Shown: positions 53,622-64,000 of the stretch, piece by piece
Layout: every line of letters starts with the position of its first letter
How positions within the stretch are numbered: the first letter of the stretch is position 1
Assembly (NCBI GenBank): GCA_951406725.2
Contig: OX597814.1
Coordinates: forward strand, 215,016,001 to 215,080,000
Length of the DNA: 64,000 bases
DNA from: Octopus vulgaris
Taxonomy: Eukaryota
Reading direction: 5' to 3'
The notes under the pieces: model-generated
Told to the model about the DNA's origin: nothing
Seen by the model: only the letters and a program-made list of their open reading frames with translations
Database searches by the model: none
Made by a program: the position numbers and the translations under genes

Positions 53622-55235
53622 GTCGGCGAGCTGGCAGAGTCGTTAACACTCCGGACGAAATGCTTAGCGGTATTTCGTCTGCCGTTACGTTCTGAGTTCA
53701 AATTCCGCCGAGGTCGACTTTGCCTTCCATCCTTTCGGGGTCGATTAGATAAGTACTAGTTACGCACTGGGCTCGGTATAATCGACTTAATCCGCTTGTC
53801 TGTCCTTGTTTGTCCTCTCTGTGTTTAGCCCCTTGTGGGTAGTAAAGAAATAGGTATTTCGTCTGCCGCTACGTTCTGAGTTCAAATTCCGCCGAAGTCC
53901 ACTTTGCCTTTCATCCTTTCGGGGTCGATTAAATAAGTACCAGTTGCGCACTGGACTCGATATAATCGACTTAATCCGTTAGGCTGTCCTTGTTTGTCCT
54001 CCCTGTGTTTAGTCCCTTGTGGGTAGTAAAGAAATAAATATTTCGTCTGCCGCTACGTTCTGAGTTCAAATTCCGCCGAGGTCCACTTTGCCTTTCATCC
54101 TTTCGGGGTCGATTAAATAAGTACCAGTTACACACTGGGGTCGATATAATCGACTTAATCCGTTTGGCTGTCCTTGTTTGTCCTCTCTGTGTTTAGTCCC
54201 TTGTGATTAGTAAAGAAATAGGTATTTCATCTGCCGTTACGTTCTGAGTTCAAATTCCGCCGAGGTCCACTTTGCCTTTCATCATTTCAGGGTCGATTAA
54301 ATAAGTACCAGTTACGCACTGGACTCGATATAATCGACTTAATCCGTTTGGCTGTCCTTGTTTGTCCTCTCTGTGTTTAGTCCCTTGTGGGTAGTAAAGA
54401 AATAGGTAATACCACTAAGCATTTCGCCCGGCGTAAGTACCAGTTACGCACTGGGGTCGATATAATCGAGTTAATCCGTTTGTCTGTCCTTGTTTGTCCT
54501 CTCTGTGTTTAGTCCCTTGTGGGTAGTAAAGAAATAGGTAATACCTATTTCTTTATTACCCACAAGGAGCTAAATATAGAGGGGACAAACAAGGACAGAC
54601 ATAGGTATTAAGTCGATTACATCGACCCCAGTGCGTAACTGGTGCTTAATCTATCGACACCGAAAGGATGAAAGACAAAGTCGACCTCGGCGGAATTTGA
54701 ACTCACAACGTAACGGCAGACGAAATACCGCAAAGCATTTCGCCCGGTGTGCTAACGCACTGGGGTCAATGTAATTGACTTAATCTCTTTGCCTGTCCTT
54801 GTTTGGCCCCTCTATGTTTAGCCCCTTGTGGGCAATAAAGAAATAAGAAACTTTAGCACGCCGTGCAAATTGTTTAGCGGCATTTCGTCTCTCTTTATGT
54901 TTTGAGTTTAAATTCCGCTGAGGTCGACTTTGCCTTTCATCCTTTCGAGGTCGATAAAATATGCACCAGCTGAACCCTGGAGTCCATGTAATCGACTGAC
55001 TAAAAATTGCTGGCCTTGGGCCAAATCTTGAAACTAATTTTTATGGCGGCGAGCTGGAAGCATTATTAGCACGCCGGACAAACTACGTAGCGGCATTTCG
55101 TCCGTCTTAATGTTCTGAGTTCAAATTCGGTCGAGGCCAACTTTGTCTTTCACCCTTGTGGGGTCGATGAAATAAGTAGCGGTTGAGCAAAGAGGTTGAT
55201 GTGATCGACTTTCTCCATTCCCTTAAAATTGCTGG
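53622..55235. repeat. Tandem/inverted array of SINE family B (184-bp period)
   Basis: Units start at 53671, 53855, 54039 and 54223; partial unit 54435-54540; inverted copy 54541-54757; more + copies to 55235. Confidence 0.92.
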
Positions 55236-55267
55236 CCGTTTTAATTCTTTAATTTGTTTGATTATTT

Positions 55268-55815
<548 letters not shown>

Positions 55816-56720
55816 CTGACCTTGTGCAAATTGCTATTATTTGTTTTTTCAACAGTTTTTTATGCGTGTTTCTATTGTACAACACGGTGCACGACCAGGT
55901 TTCCGAAATGCGGGAAGCCTTATTTTCTTTTTATGTAGATTTGTCGTGTTTGTATGCTACGATAGTTTTGCTTTGTTCTCGATACTTCTTTACTTGTTAC
56001 TGGTGTTAGTTTGATATTTCAATCTGTTTTGGTAGAGGACGTTCAATGTGAGTCAATGTTATTATACTGGACGAAGATTGAGTTACATGTCTAATGTGCA
56101 AGTTGTGTTAGTTGTTTTAGTGTCGGGTAGTGATTGTCTAGTGTTTTGTTCTGTGGGTTGTGCTCTTGTCGTTAATTAATCCCTTCGACTACCCTGACAG
56201 AACTGACCTATCTTCAGCAGCATCCCAGCCATACCGTCCCGTCTTTTTTTTATTTATTTTAGGCAAAATGTACGTCGAACTACAATATCCAGTGTATCCT
56301 TTTTTTAAGCCATAATGGTATGATCTGAGGGAGATTTGGTTGCTATTTTCAAAGGGTTCTGCGGCCTCATCGAGGCTCATCCGTTGGTTCATGTCTGTTG
56401 TGTGTTGTTAAATTCATGGGCAATTGTGTAAAGGATGAGTATAAAATGTTATTGTCATAGTATCCTGTGTTGATTATATGGGAGTCATTTTGTTGTGTTA
56501 TTTTATTTGGGTTGTTGTATTGAATATGTGCTGTGCAGATTGTCTTATACTGTTTAGCGGTGACTCCTAGAGTATGGATTGTGTAAGTTTTGGTTTTGTT
56601 ATGTTATCGGGTGATCATTTTTGTGTGTAAAGAGTGTACTGTACTGTGTGAATTACTACTGACTTGGAGATGTGCGTAGAATGTGGACTTCGCGTAGCAG
56701 GGCAGAGTATACATTATCAT

Positions 56721-56788
<68 letters not shown>

Positions 56789-56879
56789 ACTCTCCTACTT
56801 TCTCTTTCTCACACACACATGCAAATATATATGTACAAGAACTATTCTAGGACCCTACATATATATATATATATATATA

Positions 56880-57245
56880 CGAGCAAGACGCCCTCCGTCC
56901 AATGGACGGTGCTGAGTTGTCAAACATTTAAACCAAATTTTCTCAAAACAACTTGTGCGACCGTTCCATTTTGTGGCATTATTTCAAGCCAGCCGGCTTT
57001 TTTTGCCGAAACTACACGTGCATTTTTCTCGCGTACGCGTAGTATCGATCGCAACAGCTGATGTACTTGCGCGTACAAATGCACGTTCCAACGGCTTTAT
57101 CGATCGCATTCTCACCTGGAATCGATTTTTGTAATTTTTTCAAGACTTATACACGTCCTGATATCAAATTTGAGCGGAATCGGATGGAGGATGCCCGAGA
57201 TCCTAGAAGATACACACACAGACAGACAGAACGATTTTATATATA
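56880..57245 (-). mobile_element. Helitron-like element in (TA)n
   Basis: Hairpin CCGTCC-AAT-GGACGG near a CTCG|T end on the - strand; the other end has (GACA)n, as in the 17618 and 45367 copies. Confidence 0.6.
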
Positions 57246-57622
57246 TATATATGTATATAGGGTCCTAGAATAGTTCTTGTACATATATATTTGTATGTGT
57301 GTGTGGTGTTTGTGGGTGTAAGAAAGAGTAAGTACGTGAGTAAGATAGATAGATATTGTTCTTGCCTTCGAAACGCAGAGTAGATGAAACAGGGACAACA
57401 GAAGAAGGGGATTATTCTTTATGTTACATGTCTCGTTTCCCTGTTTGTTTTTTCGTTGTTCGAAAAAAAGTTCGTTTCTATGCTTTTGTTTTTTGATGTT
57501 TTCGTTTCTCATTGAGTTCAACTTTTTTTTGATGTCCTGTACCCATATATGCATGTATATATACATATATATGTAGGTATGTACATATATGTATATATAT
57601 GTATACACACACACATATATAT

Positions 57623-57658
<36 letters not shown>

Positions 57659-58739
57659 GCGCGCGTGTGTGTTGGTAGGTTGATAGATAGGTATGCAGGT
57701 ATGTAGGCAGCTAGAAAGATAGATAGATTGATGGATAGATGTGTATGCATCTTTACATGTAGGTGTATATACGTATAGTGCATCACGCTGTTGGTATATA
57801 CATATGGAACTACATTTCCGAAGAATTCTTTCCTAATTAAAGTTATACGGTTTAATTTAAGGGAAATTTGGCTGCTATATCTAGCGTGTCGAGCATGCAC
57901 AGAGGCCACCCACCGTTGATTCGACGCAAACGTTAATCATGCCGTGTAGTTCAAGAGTAATTATAACTGAAAAAATATCAAATGTCTCAGTCTCGTCCTT
58001 TGAATATCACGAACTATATTATTCAATATCGTCTTTACTTAAGAATGTGATTTCAAAAAGTTTCGGCTCCTATTTTCATTAGTTTGAATAATAACTGAAC
58101 TGTGTAGGTTACCAACACTTGACATGTCTGGTAGTAAAAGTGTCTACTGTTAAAAAGAATGTTTACAATAATTACAACGTGTCTATTCAATTATTTATAT
58201 AAATATATAGATTTCAGATTAATTTAAAATTCGATAAAAAGAAGCATTCAATTTATTTTATTTTGGAATGAGTTTTTTCTCATTATTTACCAATTATTTA
58301 ACGGTTATCAGTTGCTACATTAATAAAGTAATTTTATATCAAGGACATAAAATATTTTATCACAAATTATGGGTCTATTAGATAGCAGCCAAAGTAACTC
58401 GTTTAAGAGGGCATTAGACTGAAATTCTAAAAGTCTCTTATTCATTCTCGAATTCTTCCATGATGAGAAGATTGTTTGTTTTTTAAATCATTACTAATTG
58501 AAATTTCTATTGTTCGATTCCTTTGTTAACGGAAAATAATAGAAGAGATATTCTTTTTAGTCTCTTACATGCTTATCCCCGCATATCAAGCATTATAACA
58601 TGTATAAAATATTTTGTTGTATTGTAATGTTTATATCTGCACACACACACAAACACATATAATATATACATATATGTGATTATATAGTATATTTGTGTGT
58701 GTGTGTGTGTGTGTGTGAGTGTGGGTGGGTGTGTCCAGT

Positions 58740-58935
58740 GAGCTGCCATAATCGACCGCTAGCGACTAAAGCTTTTTTTATTCTCTCTCTGTTAATTTTC
58801 TCGTGTTCTTTTCTGTTGAAGAGCGTAGGCTCGAAACGTAAAAGACTTTCTCACTTTCCCAAGCGTTAAACTAATACACCTGTTTGTTGTTTATACACCT
58901 GTCTTCGTCTTTTGTTTTTTGTAAATTCCAACTAT
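58740..58935 (+). mobile_element. Penelope-like terminal fragment with hammerhead-like motif
   Basis: CTGTTGA-A-GAGC-GTAG-GCTC-GAAAC at 58813-58837; homologous to 8205-8430 (-); abuts (TA)n. Confidence 0.55.
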
Positions 58936-58936
58936 A

Positions 58937-58939
<3 letters not shown>

Positions 58940-58990
<51 letters not shown>

Positions 58991-59194
58991 CATATAATTA
59001 TAATATATTTATATGTATATATATGTGTGTATATATATATATATATATGCACGTATATATATATATATATATACATGTATATATATATATGTATATATGT
59101 ATATACATGTATATATATATGTATATATATATATGTATGTATATATATGTATATACATGTATATATATATGTATATATATACTGTATATATATG

Positions 59195-59258
<64 letters not shown>

Positions 59259-59259
59259 C
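58940..59259. repeat. Imperfect (TA)n microsatellite, about 320 bp
   Basis: Direct inspection; runs up to the exon 3 acceptor. Confidence 0.97.
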
Positions 59260-59261
59260 AG

Positions 59262-59392
59262 ATGGTTGATTGTTGCAACTGGCTTGTGGAAACCTAACAT
59301 CCCCAAATTCGATGGAATTGAACTCACACAAGGATATGAATCTATTTCAATTAATGCAGACGATTTTGAAGGAAAATCAGTTCTTATACTTG
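59262..59392 (+). CDS. FOXRED2: FOXRED2 coding exon 3
   Basis: Acceptor (ta)n-tacag. Encodes (R)[43 protein letters not shown](G), containing the flavoprotein ATG motif. Donor G|GTAAGC; phases match both neighbours. Confidence 0.92.
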
Positions 59393-59433
59393 GTAAGCTA
59401 TTAATATTTTTCTTTCTATTTTACTGGATAGGC

Positions 59434-59518
59434 ACACACACAAACTCAATCACACAGTGACACACACAAACTCAATCACACAGTAACACACACAAACTCA
59501 ATCACACAGTAACACACA
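59434..59518. repeat. 26-bp minisatellite x3
   Basis: (cacacacaaactcaatcacacagtRa)x3, about 40 bp into the intron after exon 3. Confidence 0.85.
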
Positions 59519-59559
59519 CATACACACACACACACATATTCTTTTTCTTTCTTCTTATT

Positions 59560-59770
59560 CTTTTTACTTGTTTCAGTCATTTGACTGTGGCCATGCTGGA
59601 GCAGCGCCTTTAGTCGAGCAAATCGACCCCCAAGATTTATTCTTTGTAAGCCTAGTACTTATTCTATCGGTCACTTTTGCCGAACCGCTAAGTTGCGGGG
59701 ACGTAAACACACCACCATCGGTTGTCAAGCGATGTTGGGGGGGGGGACAAACACAGACACACAAACATAT

Positions 59771-59822
<52 letters not shown>

Positions 59823-59951
59823 GACGGGCTTCTTTCAGTTTCCGTCTACCAAATCCACTCACAAGGCTTTGGTCGGCCCGAGGCTATAGTAGAAGACACT
59901 TGCCCAAGGTGCCATGTGGTTGGTAAGCAAGCTACTTACCACACAGCCACT
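59560..59951 (-). mobile_element. SINE family A
   Basis: Full copy with a small deletion spanning the B box. Confidence 0.9.
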
Positions 59952-60531
59952 ATATAATATAAAGTTTCTTTGTTTATTGTATAGCCAGTAGTCAGAAGTA
60001 CTCAGATAAAAGATCCGAGACACAAAGTTATAAAAAAAAGTTAAGGAGAATTTCAGATAGGTTTATGATCCACCTCTGCCTGTTTGTCTCCTGTTTTCTC
60101 CTAGGAAATTTGCCCGAATTATTGGAACAAGTACATATTTTTAGGCGTGTGTCTTTCTAAAGACCAGTATCTCATTTGTAATTTGAGTGTAACTGAATTA
60201 CGTAGACTGAAACAAATAATCAGTGTTCTTCCAATTATTGATGTTATTTTCTCTAAAGATAAAATTTTGAATAATTAACGTCTGTATCAGCAAATTAGTT
60301 CCTAATTTAAAATGTCTTAAATGGAAATTATTATTTTTATACATCTCATAATCATCCTTTCTCTGTCAATCTGTCTATCTCTACTATAATTCCTTTTTGT
60401 TATCTTAGACTTATTAGAATAAACCTATAAACATACGAACTGAATAAAATATGAGTAAATATCTAGAAAGATCTTGTTTGTTGAACATTGATATGTTACT
60501 CACAAAATATTTATTTTTTCTATTTTGAAAG

Positions 60532-60652
60532 GTCGTGGTAACTCAGCTTTTGAAACTGCTAATGCAATTTATGGTGCAACTAATGTAGTACATATGATTG
60601 CCAGGAGCAGGGTTAGACTAGCATGGGCCACTCATTATGTTGGAGATCTTCG
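60532..60652 (+). CDS. FOXRED2: FOXRED2 coding exon 4 (NAD(P)H-binding GxGxxA); absent from the ORF track
   Basis: Acceptor ttttgaaag. Encodes (G)[39 protein letters not shown](R). Donor CG|GTAAGC, phase 2. Confidence 0.95.
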
Positions 60653-60721
60653 GTAAGCTTATTCTCGTGGAGAGAACTTTTTTTGTGTTTCCTTTCTGTT
60701 CAATATTTAAATGTGTCAGTA

Positions 60722-61115
60722 AGGCGTCATGCTGGCGGAATCGTTAGCACGCCGGACAAAATGCTTAGCGGTATTTTGTCTGCCGTTACTTTCTGAGTTC
60801 AAATTCCGCCGAGGTCGACTTTACTTTTCATCCTTTCGGGGTCGATAAATTAAGTACCAGTTACGCACTGGGGTCGATGTAATCGACTTAATCCCTTTGT
60901 CCGTCCTTGTTTGTCCACTCTATGTTTAGCCCCTTGTGGGTAGTAAAGAAATAGGTATTTCGTCCGTCTTTACGTTGTGAGTTCAAATTCCGCCGAGGTC
61001 GACTTCGCCTTTCATTCTTTCCAGCTCGATACGAAAAATTTTCAGCTGAAAACTGGGCTCAATGTAATCAGTTCCCCCTCTCCCAATCTTGCTGGCCTTG
61101 TGCCAAAATTTGAAA
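60722..61115 (+). mobile_element. Dimeric/nested SINE B
   Basis: Two bodies with different tails; 14-bp TSD tcaatatttaaatg (60700, 61116). Confidence 0.88.
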
Positions 61116-62983
61116 TCAATATTTAAATGCCTCTCTTATTTAACAGTTACATAGAAATGAACGTGATTTACTTTCCAAAATTTGCTTCGGGCTTTGAAAT
61201 ATTCCTTATTGTTTTCAGAAATGATTTTAAAACATTTTGAGGGTTGTTGTGGGGTGAAACTTGGCAAGCTATTTTCGATTCATACTTGATGCCAGTCCAC
61301 TTCGCTTATGCAGCTAATGGACACACAAAATCCTTTACTATACAGCATTTTTGTGTCTTGTTTAAAGACTAAATAAAAATCTTACAGTTTACAATTATTA
61401 CTTCTTCCTCTTTACCATACGGCCAGAATGCAAATTCTACATACTTGTGCTTTAGGTTGATGTTTCAATCATACATTATACCAATCTACGTTTACATACG
61501 TCAAAACTCATCACGAAAGAGAGAATAAAAAAAACTAGAAGGGAAGTAAAGAAACGTTCAAATATATTTTGACTAAAGGACGAATTGAATCTCAAAGTGA
61601 CTAACGGTAGCCCATATCAACTACAAAATATTCCGCGATGTTCGAAGGTTTCATCGTTTATTTAATTATTTTCAATAATATCGTAGCACATATAAACTGT
61701 TAGTATGAAACGTCAATACTAAAGCAGCAAGTATTGCTAAGATACGCTAATTGTAATTAACTATAAAAGAAAGAATACTTTTAATGATCTTTAAAACTTG
61801 CTAAGTAGTAAAAAGTTTATTCGTCAAAAGAGTAGCTAAATGTTATCAGACTCTTTATTCTAGCTTTCTTTAGAACTGAATATAAAATAAGATTATGGAA
61901 AGCAATGATGAAGCACGTTCAGTTACCTACTTTATAATTATCTGCAAAAGAATTCGGAATAACTGCTATGCCAAAGTGTTATATGTTAAAAATAGATTGC
62001 TCGTCGAGCTATTGCCAAATTTTTATATTTGATATCCTCTTTACGCTGTCAGGTGGATGAACACTCCCTGGTGACTTATTTGTCGAATGTCAGTCAATCC
62101 GGGAGATTGTTTACTCATGACAATTGAAAGGTTGACAGAGTATATGGTCAAAGTATTCATTTGCAGCTTGGACAGTGTTTAGCAGAATAGGAGGATTAAC
62201 CAATTGGTCTAGAATGTGTGCATCAGTCTTGCAGGCCTGGAGCCACAGCATATAGCGTCACCGCTACAACTAGAATCTGCTTACTTTATGCCATTTCATA
62301 GTGCTTGATAGCCATGTCACGCAGTTCTACGAAGACTAGTGATCTTGGCCGCATTGGTGTATTGCAGCCTATATCCAACCTAAGGTGGATATGGGCTTCA
62401 ACACAACAATCTGTCGCTCTGGCATCCACAGTAGATGTAGACACCCTAAAAGACTACAATCATATATGATCCATGCAGAATTTGCATAAGGATATAACTA
62501 AATGCCATAACATACTTTATTCAGTGGGCTACCGATTTTGCCACTCATTACGTGCTCCTATCAAGCACTGAAGCAAATACTGTGTATTAAATGCGTTGGA
62601 TACTCTAATAATTCAAATAAATATAGGTCAAGCCTTAAATATGAGATTAATATATCGATCCTACAACTTTAACATTATTCCTTATTCATTTGTAACAGAA
62701 ATATAAATATTCAAGAGCTGGAATGTTAATCCTCATTTATGTCTTCAATTTTACCCAACAACAGTAATTTGGTCCTACAACTATTTACATATGTTGATCC
62801 TTAATGCATTTATTAGATACAAATAGGTTTAGTAAAACGCATCTTTTAGATCAATTATTAAATTAGTTAATCATTAGACAAATATACTTCACCTTTGTTC
62901 ATTAAATTTTTATTTACAGAAGCGTTTGAACAATTTCCTTTTAAATTTCCTTTTTTTGTTTGGTTTCTGGTTTCGTTATACAG

Positions 62984-63199
62984 TGCTGTGAACAATGGAG
63001 TGCTTGATACATATCAGCTCAAGTCCTTGGATGGCATTGCAGAAGCTTTCCTTTCTGACGAAACTAAGCTGATGTCAAAGAATGGAAAATACCAGTTGGT
63101 TACAGACGACGAGTTTTTTGATAATTTTGCGTTTCGGGAATCCTATGATGTTATTATAAGATGTTTAGGATTCACTTTTGATGATGAACTATTTTACAA
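62984..63199 (+). CDS. FOXRED2: FOXRED2 coding exon 5 (gene continues beyond window)
   Basis: T-rich tract + tacag acceptor. Encodes (R)AVNNGVLDTYQLKSLDGIAE...DNFAFRESYDVIIRCLGFTFDDELFY. Donor AA|GTAAGC; no terminal exon seen before 64000. Confidence 0.95.
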
Positions 63200-64000
63200 G
63201 TAAGCATTATCTATTTATTAAAGCCTGAACTTTTTCCTCAAAAGTGTATATTTAACTTTATTTTAACTGTGAGTTATACTAAAACAAACTGCAAATAAAA
63301 ATGTCTACCAAGAAACAAAATTTGGATATTTATAACTTATGCCTTCAAGACCTGTGTTGATACAATATAGTGTGCAGTCAACCTGAGTTACATTATTTAA
63401 AATTATTTTAACTATAAGGCTAGTATTTTTGTTTGAATATCAAAGTAAGGCAATATAAAATAATGTAAACTTAGATTAAACGAAATAAGAAAAAAGTCAA
63501 ACATGTCATATATTATTACATTTATTTGTTCGGATTAATGTTCTTATCTTGGTTGTTATTCTCACCGCATTTCGGCTGTTGTGGCTTCTGATTTTCTTTT
63601 GGTGCTTTATCATTATCGGTAACGTTCTCGGAATTTCAAATATAACATCTGAACCTTTTCAAAGGTTATTCTCATGTTGTTGTTTTTGTCTGGGTGGCTC
63701 AAGACAAACTAAAATCGGATCCTTCGTTTAGGAAACGTATCAGTACGCTCATAAAGATGTTGATGCCCTGTGTACAAGCATTATACTTCCAAATCAGGTC
63801 TGACCTATATTAGCAAGAAGGAGGCTTAGCTATAGATTTGCCATTATCCCCAGCAATGACAAATATATACACAGAATACTTTAAGATTGTATGATGCCAC
63901 TTAAGCCTGAAATATGGCTGAGATACCTATCAGACCTCTTCATACTCTGAAATCACCTGTAGGGTAGGGGAATAAAAGATTCCAAAATGTTACTGAATAC

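Noticed and set aside
53671-54407. Regularly spaced repeats resembling a CRISPR array
   Set aside because: Whole 184-bp units repeat with no unique spacers, no cas genes, and the context is eukaryotic.
58912-59460. 182-aa ORF
   Set aside because: Mostly (TA)n translation; only 59262-59392 is a real exon.

Overview
AT-rich, microsatellite- and transposon-saturated eukaryotic DNA; the SINE families and repeat landscape suggest a coleoid cephalopod (Octopus; inferred from repeat motifs, not proven). One host gene is supported: the 5' part of FOXRED2 (ER flavoprotein, FAD-dependent oxidoreductase domain-containing 2) on the + strand. It has five GT-AG coding exons (38660-38876, 46178-46508, 59262-59392, 60532-60652, 62984-63199) that splice in frame (about 338 codons), and it continues past the window end. 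The rest is mobile DNA: an RT/RNaseH-deleted Gypsy LTR element, two full-length decayed Tc1 transposons (one with long IR/DR TIRs), a mariner fragment, R4/Dong-like LINE pieces in (TAA)n arrays, Tx1/L1-like and CR1-like LINE pieces, non-autonomous Helitrons, Penelope-like ends with hammerhead-like motifs, and many copies of three tRNA-derived SINE families. Nearly all ORF-track entries are microsatellite or SINE artefacts. I cannot demonstrate a wholly new biological system. The best leads are a splice acceptor built on a (TA)n tract, inverted SINE pairs in FOXRED2 introns (dsRNA/ADAR/circRNA candidates), a self-nesting SINE array, variant hammerhead motifs and repeated templated-insertion scars.
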